61,565 nt of DNA from Malacoraja senta. Taxonomy: Eukaryota. Under the pieces are notes generated by a model. That model saw only the letters and a list, made by a program, of their open reading frames with translations. It was not told where the DNA came from and made no database searches. Positions within the stretch are counted from its first letter, which is position 1. Every line of letters begins with the position of its first letter. A program made the translations under genes and the position numbers. The stretch covers positions 124,001-185,565 of the forward strand of contig JAXLNO010001451.1 in the NCBI GenBank assembly GCA_038087875.1. The letters are read 5' to 3'. Positions 49,506 through 61,255 of this stretch are shown piece after piece.

Positions 49506-52500
49506 TCAATAACCCATGCCTGCCTTCTCCCCATATCCCTTGACTCCATTAGCCCCTAGAGCTCCATCTAACTCTCTCTTAAATCCACCCAGTGATTTGG
49601 CCTCCACTGCCCTCTGTGGCAGGGAATTCCATAAATTCACAACTCTCAGTGAAAAAGTTTTTTCTCACCTCAGTCTTCAATGACCTCCCCTTTATTCTAA
49701 GACTGTGGCCCCTGGTTCTGGACTCGCCCAACATTGGGAACATTTTTCCTGCATCTAGCTTGTCCAGTCCTTTTATAATTGTATATGTTTCTATAAGATT
49801 CCCCCCTCATCCTTCTAAACTCCAGTGAATACAAGCCTAGTCTTTTTAATCTTTCCTCATATGACAGTCCCACCATCCCAGGGATCAATCTCGTGAATCT
49901 ATGCTGCACTGCCTCAATCATAAGGATGTCCTTCCTCAAATTAGGAGACCAAAACTGTACACAATACTCCAGATGTGGTCTCACCAGAGCCCTATACAAC
50001 TGCAGAAGAACCTCTTTACTCCTATACTGAAATCCTCTTGTTATGAAGGCCAACATTCCATTAGCTTTGTTCACTGCCTGCTGTACCTGCACGCCAACTT
50101 TCAGGGACAAGGACACCCAGATCTCGCTGTACCTCCCCCTTACCTAACCTAACCCCATTGAGATAATAATCTGCCCCCTTGTTTTTGCCGTGGATAACCT
50201 CACATTTATCTATATTATACTCCATCTGCCACGCATCTGCCCACTCACTCAACCTGTCCAGGTCACCCTGCAAACTCCTAACATCCTCTTCACAGTTCAC
50301 ACTGCCACCCAGCTTTGAGTCATCCGCAAACTTGCTAGTGTTGCTCCTAATTCCCTCTTCCAAATCATTAATATATATGGTAAACAGTTGCGGCCCCAAC
50401 ACCGAGCCTTGCGGCACTCCACTCGCCACTGCCTGCCATTCTGAAAAGGACCCATTCACTCCTACTCTTTGCTTCCGGTCTGCCAACCAATTTTCTATCC
50501 ATGTCAACACCCTAACCCCAATACCATGTGCTCTAACTTTAGTCACCAGTCTCCCGAGCGGGACCTTATCAAAGGCTTTCTGAAAGTCTAGATACACTAC
50601 ATCCACTGGCACCCCTTCATCCATTTTACTTGTCACATCCTCAAAAAATTCCAGAAGATTAGTCAAGCATGATTTCCCTTTCATAAATCCATGTTGACTT
50701 GGACTAATCCTTTTACCGCTATCCAAATGCCCCATTATTACCTCTTTAATAATTGACTCCAGCATCTTTCCCACCACCGGTCAGGCTAACTGGTCTGTAA
50801 TTCCCCGTTTTCTCTCTCGCTCCTTTCTTGAAAAGTGGGATAACATTAGCTATCCTCCAATCCACAGGAACTGATCCTGAATCTATTGAACATTGGAAAA
50901 TGATCACCAATGCATCCACTATTTCTAGAGCCACCTCCCTGAGGACCCGGGGATGCAGACCATCAGGCCCAGGGGATTTAACATCCTTCAGTCCCATTAG
51001 CCTACCCAATACTATTTCTCACCTAATGAAAATTTCTTTCAGTTCCTCTACCCCCTGAGATCCTCTGTCCTCCAGTACATCTGGGAGATTGTTTGTGTCT
51101 TCCTTAGTGAAGACAGATCCGAAGTACCTATTCAACTCTTCTGCCATTTCTTTGTTGCCCATAATAATTTCACCCGTGTCTGCCTTCAAGGGACCCACAT
51201 TTGACTTTGCTAATCTTCTTCCCTTAACATATCTAAAGAAGCTTTTACTGTCCTTCTTTATATTCCTGGCCAGCTTCCCCTCGTACTTCATCTTTTCAGC
51301 CCGTATTGCCAGTTTTGTTTCCTTCTGTTGTCCTATGAAAGTTTCCCAATCCTCTGGCTTCCGGCTACTCTTTGCTGTGTTATACATCTTTTCTTTTAGT
51401 TTTATTCTGTCCCTATCTTCTCTTGTCAGCCACGGTTGCCTCCTACTCCCCTTAGAATCTTTCTTCCTTTTTGGAATGAAATGAACCTGCGTCTCCCGGA
51501 TTATGCCCAGAAATTCCTGCCATTGCTGTTCCACCGTCATTCCTGCTAGGATCCCTTTCCAGTCTACTTTGGCCAGCTCCCCTCTCATGCCTTCATAGTC
51601 CCCTTTGTTCAACTGCATCACTGACACTTCCGATTTAACCTTCTCCTTCTCAAATTGCAGGTTAAAACTAATCATATTATGATCACTACCTCCAAGCGGT
51701 TCTCGAGTTCTCTTATCATATCTGGTTCATTGGACAACACTAAATCCAGAATTGCCTTTTCTCTGGTCGGCTCCATTACAAGCTGCTCTAAGAATCCATC
51801 TCGGAGGCATTCTTTTTCTTGGGGTCCTGAACCAACCTGATTTTCCCAGTCTACCTGCATATTGAAAATCCCCCATCACCACAGTGGCATTACCTTTGTT
51901 ACATGCCAGTTTAACTCCTGCTGCAACTTAAAGGCCTGTCCCACGGGCAGGCGGTTACTGGCGGTGTAGCAGGAAGTTGGGACCCCGTGTGGACCGCCAG
52001 AGACCGCGCATGGCCCGCGGGGTCGGTCCCACGCAGACCGCCGGGACCGTATGTAGTTGGTCCCGACACCGTGCGGTGCTCGGAAAAGCTGACACTGTTC
52101 AAAAATCTCGGCCGACCGCCCAGCCGCCGCCTCTTCGCGGCGAGCATCGCCAGTGCGCAAATAGTGCACCGCGAGCACCGCCTGTACGCCGCGAGCCGTC
52201 TCGACGTCATCGCGTAGCGCGTTGCGCGATGACGTCATCGCGTAGCGCGTTTGTGTTGCGCGATGACGTCATCACCCGACGCCGCGCGACGTCCATTCCA
52301 GTCGGCCCGTGGGACAGGCCGTGCGGTGACCACCCCGGCATACGCGCGGCAACAGCTTCCGGTAAGGTTTAACTTACCGCATGCTCGTGGGATGCATCCG
52401 AGCGGCGCTGGAGCGCCGCGCGGTCCCCCGCTTCACCGCCAGTAACCGCCTGCCCGTGAGACAGGGCCATTACACCCTGCATCTGGGCTACTATTTGGGG

Positions 52501-52595
52501 GTCTGTAAATAACACCAATTAGTGTCTTCTTGCCTTTACAATTCCTCAACTCAATCCACAGTGACTCTACCTCGTCAGTCCCTATGTCTTCCCTT
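49506..52595 (-). pseudogene. CR1 ORF2 (APE endonuclease partly deleted; RT), frameshifted and MITE-interrupted
   Basis: PTREKAILDLVL, SPGPDGLHPRVL, YLDFQKAFDKVP, SGVPQGSVLGP, KFADDSKLGG. Confidence 0.95.
51931..52469. mobile_element. PIF/Harbinger-type MITE inserted in CR1 ORF2
   Basis: TTA TSD (51928-30, 52470-72); ~36-bp TIR GGCCTGTCCCACGGGCAGGCGGTTACTGGCGGTG / CACCGCCAGTAACCGCCTGCCCGTGAGACAGGGCC. Confidence 0.88.
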
Positions 52596-52700
52596 GTGAG
52601 CTTCCTTTCCCGTTAATTCTGGGGTCATTAACCATCCCTTTACTCTCTTTCCCTTTAACTCCATCCTCGACTATCCCATTTGACACCCCACCCCCCTTAT

Positions 52701-53611
52701 TCAGTTTAAAACCACCCGTGTAGCAGTGGCAAACCTGCCTGCCAGAATGCTGGTCCCATACCTGTTAAGATGCAATCCATCCCTTTTGTACAGTTCCCCC
52801 TTACTCCAAAACAGATCCCAGTGATCTAAGAATCTAAATCCCTGCCCCTTGCACCAGTTCCTTAGCCACACATTCAGGTCCCGTATCTCCCTGTTCCTGC
52901 TCTCGCCTGCACGAGGAACTGGAAGCAAACCGGAGATAACAACCCTGGAGGTCCTGCTTTTCAGCATTTTTCCGAGCTCTCTAAAGTCACGCTGCAGAAT
53001 ATTCATCCCCTTCTTTCCGACATTGTTTGTGCCGACATGCACTACCACTTCCGGCTGTTCACCTTCGCCCTTGAGGATTTTCTGCACTCTGTCCGTGACA
53101 TCCTGGATCCTGGCACCAGGAAGGCAGCCCACCATCCTCGAATGCCGTCTGTTGCCGCAGAAACCCCTGTCTGTACCTCTCACAATGGAGTCTCCAACTA
53201 CAATGGCGTTGCCTGACGTTGGCCTCTTTGGTTTTGGCTCAACCGCCCTTTTTGCTTTGCAAGCCAGTCCGCCGTTCAGTGTGATAACGTCTTCTGTCCC
53301 GATGGCTTCTAAGTGGGCGAACCTGTTCACAAGAGGTACAACACCCGGGGACCTTTGCATTCCATGTTTCCCTCCCTTTCTCACCGTCACCCACTTTCTC
53401 TCTTCCAGTACCTTAGGTGTAACAATCTTACTGTAGGACTTGTCGAGGAACGACTCAGTTTCTCGGATGAACCTGAGGTCATCCACTTGCTTCTCCAGTT
53501 CCCCAACACGGTCCTTCAGGAGCTGTACCTGGATGCACTTCTCACATTTGTAGCAGTGTCCTTGACCTCCCACATACTGCAAGCATCACACTGAATCAGC
53601 TTGCTTGACAT
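52701..53611 (-). pseudogene. CR1 ORF1: zinc finger/coiled coil plus SGNH (GDSL) esterase, one 5' frameshift
   Basis: MSSKLIQCDAC (ATG 53611) then CEKC..L heptads; GDSIVRG, PGARIQD, HVGTNN and DGLH blocks in ORF 52701-53582. Confidence 0.93.
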
Positions 53612-53875
53612 CTCCTTCTTTCGTCTCACCCTCTCCAGCGTTTTGCGTAGCCTCCTCTCCTCAGCCTCCTCGCCGAAGACTCTCGTGCCAAAGACTCGCA
53701 CTTTTCTCACAGGGCTGCTCCCTCACTGCCGCTCCCTAAGAGCCAATTGCTTATATTGATTGATAAATTGCCTAATTTACCAATTTACAAAATTGTTCCT
53801 ATTAATTCTTTCCCCTCTCTTAAACCGATCCCTTCTAGTTCTTGATTCTCCTACCTTATAGCATTCACACTATCG

Positions 53876-54193
53876 GCATTCCCCGATTTACATAATAGGT
53901 AACTTATGTAAACTTGCATTTAAGTAAACAATTCTTTAAGCACGCCGCTTTATTTCCGAGTTGCACGTTTCGGTAGTCTTGGTAGCTACTGCCGTCACAT
54001 GCAGCCGATTCCGCAAGCCAGACAACTGCTCTTGTGGACGTTCCCATGTGGTCTCTGCATCAGAGCTCCCACATGGTCTCCACGTCAAATCGTAAATTTG
54101 CATAGCACTTCTGACTTACGCAAGGACTGCCGCATCTAACTTGGGCAAGGGTCCGCAGGGCCTAACCCTGACGTAAGTCAAGACGTGGCTACA
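53876..54193. mobile_element. Degenerate Tigger/pogo-like MITE
   Basis: Ends resemble CCCCGA(C)TTAC / CGTAAGTC; internal GACTTACG; interrupts the older CR1. Confidence 0.4.
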
Positions 54194-54879
54194 TTTATTC
54201 CCCTTGTGATTTTATGCACCTTTATAAGCTCACCCCTCAGCTTCCTGCGTTACAAGGAAAAAAATCCTAGCCTGCCCAATCGCTCCCTATAGCTCATGCC
54301 CTTCTGTCCTGGCAATATTTCTGCACCCTTTTCAGCTTAATGACCTCCTTCCTTTAGCAGGGTGACCAAAATGAACAAAATACTCCATGTGCAGCCTCAG
54401 AACAGGAGGCACAGAAATCACACATGAAGAACATCCCCAGAGTTTTGTCAGAAACATAAGATCCTAACTTGCAGTCTCTAGACAACAGAGTACTTTCAAA
54501 GACAATCCGTTTGATGTGATATTTGACAGGATGACTTCCATCCATGCATTTGGGCCTAGACTGATCAGACAGTTCACTAAATCTGGCAGTTCTCAGAATC
54601 ATACCAGTAGTGGCCACTGATCTCTGCCAAGCATAACAGATTGCTGCCCACTGCCAAATTACAGATATCATTGAGTTCTATGTTCAAAGAGGATTATGTT
54701 CATGTACTATGAATATCATGCGGAGACAGAATTCTGTATTAATAAGCTAAATCAATAAATAAATATATTCTTGACTGACAATTCTATGAGAACATGGCGT
54801 TTTGTCTATTTATAGAAAACTGTTTATTCAACAGAATACAGTGTTACAACTATAGATAAAAGAAAGTTCAAATGCACAG

Positions 54880-55410
54880 CGAGGTGGAGTATAAGATTTA
54901 GGATACATAGCCTATGAGAGGTCTGTGCAAGAGTCTGAGGACAGTGAGGAAGAAGCTGTTCTTGAACCTAGTGGTACATTCATTCAAACATTTGTATATT
55001 CTGCCTTACGGGAGGGGGTAGAAGAAGGAATGACCGCGGTGTGAGTGGTCCTTGATTATGTTGATTGCTTTCAACATCGAGGTAGTATGAAGTGTGAATG
55101 AAGTTGATTGAGGGTGGCTAGTTTGCGTGATGCCCAAGGCTGCATCCACGACTCTCTTCAGTTCCTTGTGGTCTTGGATAGAGCATTGCCGTACCAAGCT
55201 GTGATGCATCCACATAGGATGCTTTCCATGGTGTATCTCTAGGAATTGATAAGAGTCACTGGGGACATGCTGTGTTACTTATGAGGAAGTAGTGGCAGGG
55301 GTGCACTTTCTTGGCTGTTTCTTCGATTTGGTTGTAGCAGGCCAAATTATTGGTGATATTTATACCTAAGAACTTGATGATCTCGACATTGCAGATTGGG
55401 ATGTGTACTC
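54880..55410 (-). mobile_element. Rex1/Babar-like LINE fragment
   Basis: ggaagaagctgttcttgaacc, ccgtaccaagctgtgatgcatcc; ORF 55006-55215 LKRVVDAA..IT..KAINIIKDHSH. Confidence 0.68.
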
Positions 55411-56115
55411 CCCCTGCCCCTCCCTTCCGCCATGATTTGCTAGGGTCTTACCTTCTATGAATAGATGAGGCCCTCACTCGTGTCTCCTCAGTACCCCGCA
55501 GCTCAGCCCTTGTTCCCCCTCCCACTCGTCGCAACAAAGACAAAGTCCTCCTAGTTCTTACCTTTCACCCCATCAGCCATCGCATACAACACATAATCCT
55601 ACGAAATTTTCACCATCTCACACAGGATCCCAACACTAGTCACATCTTCCCATCTACACCCCTTTCTGCCTTCCGCAGAGACCTTTCCCTCCACAACTCC
55701 CTAATTAAATCATCCCTTCCCACCCAAACCACCACCCCTCCAGGTACCTTCCCATGCAACTACAGAAGATGCAACACCTGTCCCTATACCTCCTCCCTCG
55801 ACTCTGTCCAGGGACCCCGACAGTCCTTTCAGGTTAGGCAGAGGTTTACTTGCACCTCCTCCAACCTCATCTACTGTATCCATTGTTCAAGATGTGGACT
55901 TTTATACATCGGCGAGACCAAGCGTAGACTGGGCGATCGTTTCGCTGAACACTTTTGCTCGCTTGAACCTACCTGATCTCCCGGTTGCTGAACACTTTAA
56001 TTCTCCTTCCCATTCCCACACAGACCTTTCTGTCCTAGATCTCCTCTGTTGTCAGAGTGAGGCTAAATGCAAATTGGAGGAACATCATCTCATATTTCGC
56101 TTGGGCAGCTTACAA

Positions 56116-56259
56116 TAGACAATAGGCAATAGGTGCAGGAGTAGGCCATTCGGCACTTCATGCCAGCGCCGCCATTTAATGTGATCATGGCTGATCATCC
56201 ACAATCAGTATCCCGTTCCTGCCTTCTCCCCGTATCCCCTGACTCCGTTATGTTCAAGA
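56116..56259 (-). mobile_element. Short CR1 3' end nested in Penelope
   Basis: AGACAATAGGCAATAGGTGCAGGAGTAGGCCATTCGG; host resumes at cccagtgg. Confidence 0.8.
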
Positions 56260-56490
56260 GCCCAGTGGTGTGAATATTGATTTCTCTAACTTCAAGTAAC
56301 CCCAGCATTCCCTCTCTCTCTATCCCTCCCCCCCACCCAAGGCACACTAGCTTCTTGTTTTTACCCAACAAACAGCTAACAATGGCCTATTTCCTTTATC
56401 ATCGTTACATTTCTGAACATTTTTCATTCATTGTTCTTCATCTCTCTACATCATCGTCTATATCTCTTGTTTCCCTTATCCCTAACCAGT

Positions 56491-56518
56491 CTGAAGAAGG
56501 GTCTTGACCCGAAACTTC
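56491..56518 (+). ncRNA. Penelope-type hammerhead core, helix III mutated
   Basis: CUGAAGA-A-GGGUC-UU-GACCC-GAAAC-UUC. Confidence 0.5.
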
Positions 56519-57439
56519 ACCCATTCCCTCTCTCCAGAGGTGCTGCCTGTCCCGCTGAGTTCCTCCAGCTTTTTGTGTCTATCGTCGGATTAAACCAGCA
56601 TCTGCAGTTCCTTCCTGTACAAATGATAGGGGAGGGTTAATAGGTCTGGGTATGGGCAAGTCAGGGATTGCGATTAATGGTTAGGGCTTGATTGTGTTAC
56701 AGCAACACTATGGGAAGCCACAAAACTGGATGTAGTTTAGTGTAGCACTGTTAAAACATGTATGTCACATGAGTAGCCAGTGATTATGATTTGTCCTGAA
56801 TAAATCTGTGTTGGCTGACCCTAATTAATCAATTTTCCTCCAGACATGAATTCTTTTTAGGGCAATAGTTCAAAAAACTGACTTAGGTTAAACTGCCAGG
56901 CCAGTAATTCCTTAGTGTTTCCTTTACTCCATTTTTTAAACAAGGGAATAACCTTCACACTCTCCAGTCCTCGGGTACAAAGAGCAATGATAGATCAAGA
57001 TCAGAACATTTTCACTTTGGAAACATGGATACATAAAGGATAACTATAATAGACTAATTATATCTGAACTAACCTGACTCTTAGATTGAGTAACAGAGAG
57101 GGTTGATTAGAGTAAGAAGTAGATATTCTATGCACACTTTAAAAAATGATAAAATGCCATATTACAGAGCATAATATTAAAGGAACAAAATTAACTTGAA
57201 TATGTGATGAGTAGACAGTGATAGTGAAAGGAAGTGATTGGAAATGATACTGAAATAGAGAACTCAAGTGCATCAATGTTATGCTTCTATCTGTAAATGT
57301 CCTCGGTTAGAATATGTGATCAATTGGTATCAATCTTGGCAACATAGTAAATAATGAATGCATTTAGATGTAAGATTTGATCTTTTGTTAGTTAAAATCT
57401 ACTTTGGGGTCAATGATTTAACCTGACACTAAAATGGTT

Positions 57440-57770
57440 AGAATATGAACATAGAACAAACAGTTCAGCACAAGCACAGTCTCTGCTGAAGATGATGCGA
57501 AAACCAACTGCCTGCACATAATCCATATCCCTCCGTTCCCAGCATATCCATGACCCTATCCAAAAGTCTCTTAAATGCCACTATCATATCAGCCTCAACC
57601 ACCACCCTCTGCAGCACGTTCCAGGCACTCACCACCCTCTGTGTAAAAAATCTTGCCTTGCACTTCTCCTTTAAATTTTCCTCCTCTTATCTTAAAGCCA
57701 TATCCTCTGGTCTTTTTTTTTTCATGAAAGGTTCTGACTGTCTATCTATGCCTCGCTTAATTTTATATCA
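57440..57770 (-). mobile_element. CR1 3' fragment
   Basis: acatagaacaaacagttcagcac...ccatatccctcc...ccaccctctgtgtaaaaaa. Confidence 0.78.
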
Positions 57771-58609
57771 GCAGATAGAAGCTGCCAGCAGATTAATGTT
57801 GACACACATTTTTACCATTTCCGTACCCACTGGCACTGCAAAGAGACGATTATTGATGGATTCATATTTGTTGGTAAAGTTTCTGTTTGTCATTAATGGT
57901 ATCTGATAGGAATTATCTTTTTTTCTTGTTCATGGGCTTTGGAGAAGTGTTAGTATGCAATTTGCTATTTTCTAACAGCTTTAAGTCAGACTTGGTCCAA
58001 TTGGTCACGATTTTCGATTATTTTAAGCCTTGTGTTACATCCCAGTAATGCCCTGTTAAGTTTCTGTCTATTCTCTAATTTTAGAATTGTTCAATTTATT
58101 TCATATTGCATTGACAGGTTTTTTTTAATCAAGATTCAATTTTGCCCCCATTGTATTGATTGATATGCAGAAAACACCCTGACTGCTCACCTGTCAGTAT
58201 TTTTTAAGTTAACTTTTAATCAAAACTTGGTCATTCCCTACGACTTCAGTTAAATTCCTTCTTGATATAATTTGTCTTGAAAATAACAAATAACTCTGAA
58301 TGAGTTAAGTTTAAGCCTGTATTTGTCAAAGTTTTAACTCCAAATCATCGCTATGTTGAATAATTTGATGACTGTAGACAAATCTTAAATTTATGCAGAC
58401 AGCTAAGTTCTTTGAAGGCATATGTGTTAGAATACTGCACACAATAATGTGACAAAGGGGGTCAAATTTCAAATTCCTTCAAAAAACTTGACAAGCACTT
58501 TATTGGGTTCATGATTAACATAGTAGCAACAAAAAATATAAGAAAAGATAGCATATTGATGGCAAGTTTCCAAAAATGGCATCAGAATACACAAATCCAT
58601 TTTGTGTAA

Positions 58610-59396
58610 CGGTTGTCGCGTGGTGTCCACCAGTGACCTGGTTGGCACAGTAAGTGCACGTATTTCTTATTCCTTTCTATGTTTATGAATACCACATGGA
58701 ACAATTAAATTGCAAACACCGTTTCCACTTCATTCACCTGATCATGTAGTAGAATACTGCATCCATCTGAGTGAACACTGCAACGCGCGTTACACGTCAT
58801 ACACACAAACATACGTTGCGCTGGACACTCAAAGGTTTGGTGTCCCAGAAAACGAACGCTACATTATTAGCGAAAACCAAACATTTTCACCAATGTGATC
58901 TAAACGGTACATTACCTTCTGGATTTGAGCTATAATCGATGGCCGATGATTCGTCAGAACGTTTGATTTGAGCTGATTTTTTAGTAAGTGAAATGTCTCC
59001 GTAACGCTCGTTGTGGAGCTTCTGGACATTGACACGAAGGAATTAAGTTAGTGACTTGGTCCGTACGAAAGGTAAACAAGAGACAGTGTGTTGCTAAATT
59101 GATCAGTTTCTTAGTTTTGATGACCAATTTATGTCCAAAATTTTTTATTTTTTATTTTAAAAAGTCGGAAAATATATTGTAAACTGTCGTTGTGTTTTTG
59201 ACACCACGATGTTTTTGATATATTAAATCAGAAAATAAGAAAAATATAATTAACTCACCCAAAAATCGCTACTACAATAGGATACCTTGTTGGGTTTTTG
59301 AAAAGCATTTGATGTTTGGAGACTCCGTGGTTTAACTTACGGAGGTACCGACCCCAATAACGGTCGTTGTGACAATGGACACCAAGCACACGACCT
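58610..59396. mobile_element. Old TIR DNA element (Harbinger-like?)
   Basis: Imperfect inverted ends TAA-cGGTTGTCGCGTGGTGTCCA / TGGACACCAAGCACACGACCt-TTA; recurrent TGGTGTCC/GGACAC motifs. Confidence 0.45.
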
Positions 59397-59942
59397 TTAT
59401 GGGATCTTTGCTAGGCGGAATACCAGACATGTTACTGTATTTTTCTCCTGGTATTGATCAAGATATTTCCCTCGATCATTATCAAAACGTATATGTATGA
59501 GGGGCCATATGAAGTTTAGTTATGATTTAAATATTCATGACTAAATGTGGCAGAATTTTTAATGTCACATTTTTGGTGTCCAAAATGGTGGTAAACCGAT
59601 GAAAATTTGTCTGTAATGAAAAAAGTTTTTAATTTTCGGTCTTGAAGTTATCTAATTTATATCTGTTACTTGTAAGGTTTCACATGATGGATAGGTTTTT
59701 GTTAAGACCAGTGTAATGGTGTAAAAACCTGAATAATAATCTTGTTCCTCAAAATCTCTCCAGTATTATAAAAAGACATTATATGATCAGCAGATGCATT
59801 GAACCATTTTAAGTAAATTAAGAAATCTATCCAGAATTGTAGAGCATTAAAACAATTAATCTCATTTAGACATCCTATCTATTGTTAGAGAAATTAAATT
59901 ATCATTTTTATTGTTAAAAAAGTAGCTACTTTTATCAAGAGA

Positions 59943-60401
59943 CTAGACTAAGTGGGACCCGTTGGGTCCCAGTCACACGGGAGGCCTGGTCCCCCCCCAA
60001 CGCAACCCATTGCCCAATGCAATATTCCACCACTCACCTGTTCCCCCAATGCAACCCGTTCCCCCAAAGCAATGTTCCACCACTCTGTGAGGGGGAGGGG
60101 GGGTGTGGGGGAGGGGGTGTGGCAGAGGGGAGGGTGTGGGGTAAGGGGGAAAGGGGAGGTGGGGGAGGGGGGTGTGGGGGAGGGGGCTGGTGGGGGGAGC
60201 GGGCTGCTGTGGGGGAGGGGGGTGGAGGAGGGGGGTGTGGGGTGGGGGAACCTTCAAAACCTTCATAACTTTTGTAGTATTTCACCGATCGGAACAAAAT
60301 TTATTTGACTTGCAGCAGAGGAGAATGGTGAGTAAGGTGGTGAAAAATTGTAGCGCTATGGGGGATCGTTTTTGCGCAAATTTAAATACAACGCAGACAG
60401 A
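59943..60401 (-). mobile_element. Non-autonomous Helitron (copy D, divergent 5' module, G/C-run cargo)
   Basis: Minus strand A|TCTGTCTGCG...TGGGACCCAACGGGTCCCACTTAGTCTAG|T, same 3' terminus as copies A and C. Confidence 0.82.
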
Positions 60402-60409
60402 TAAGGTGT

Positions 60410-60619
60410 AAAGAACTGCAGATGCTGGTTTAAATCGAAGGTAGACACAAAATGCTGGAGTAACGTAGCGGGACAGGCAACATCTCTGGCGAGAAGGAAT
60501 GGGTGATGTTTCGGGTCGAGACTGAAGTCAGTCTGAAGAAGGGTCTCAACCCGAAAAATCACCCATTCCATCTCTCCAAAGATGCTGCCTGTTACTCCAG
60601 CATTTTGTGTCTACCTTGT
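60410..60619. mobile_element. Palindromic Penelope-pLTR element (antisense plus sense arms)
   Basis: AAGGTAGACACAAAATGCTGGAGTAAC...GTTACTCCAGCATTTTGTGTCTACCTT; flanking GATAAGGTGT duplication. Confidence 0.85.
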
Positions 60620-61029
60620 GATAAGGTGTGTTATTTGTGATCCTGTGTGAAATCAGTCATATTATCAATAAACTCATTAGAAGCATGTTAACCAATTGAG
60701 TAGGTTGCTTGAATAGAGATAATAGACCCAGGCAGATTGGGTGTCTTGCTGCTGATAACAAGAAGATGCAACACAGTTCAGTGAATATTGTAATAAAAAT
60801 AATATTTCTTTTTTATCCAGATAACTATTTGAACAAATTAATTAGAAATTCTCTCTTTTATACCCCAAATTGGCGATTAAATAATTTACAGCAATAATGT
60901 AGTCTTTCTATTTTGTATTTTACAAAATTACTTCACTAAAATCAAAATATTAAGGCAGTTTGTGCGTGTGTGCATGTGTGTATTAGTCTCTCCACGTGGA
61001 AATAATCCAGGTATTTTCAAACACAACTG

Positions 61030-61255
61030 CAGAAGATGCAAGTATTAATGCTGTCAAACACAAATATTGAACTGGAGAGGAAGAACAGGAATTAGTGAAG
61101 CCAGGTACTTTCACAAAAGTATCTAGACAACCACTTGAATTGCCATGGAATGAGCGCTACAGATGCTGTTAAATGGGATTAGCAGAAAGGATACTTGATG
61201 GTCAGCATGGATATTTTGTGCCGAATGGTTTGTCTCTGTTCTGTTACTTTCTAGT
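61030..61255 (+). mobile_element. Old CR1 3' fragment
   Basis: aaatgggattag...gatggtcagcatgga...gccgaatggtttgtctctgttctgt. Confidence 0.6.

Larger units (their letters stand above)
49409..53794 (-). mobile_element. Near-full-length young CR1 LINE (5' UTR, ORF1, ORF2, 3' UTR, (TTTCTATG)n tail)
   Basis: Collinear ORF1 esterase, APE and RT fragments; octamer tail at 49409-49430. Confidence 0.96.
49255..54385 (-). mobile_element. Older CR1 3' fragment split into three pieces (49255-49408, 53795-53875, 54195-54385) by later insertions
   Basis: Pieces rejoin as ...gttgctccttgggtt|cctattaattctttcccctctc...cattcacactatc|tattccccttgtgattttatg..., collinear with 9670-9930. Confidence 0.75.
55445..56618 (+). 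mobile_element. Penelope 3' fragment (linker, GIY-YIG, pLTR) with nested CR1 3' end
   Basis: atctactgtatc...ctttatacatcggcgagaccaagcg, KLEEHHLIFRLGSLQ; hammerhead core 56491-56518. Confidence 0.92.

Noticed and set aside
52701-53582. Cellular GDSL lipase gene
   Set aside because: Position upstream of CR1 ORF2 and the zinc-finger/coiled-coil N-terminus identify it as CR1 ORF1
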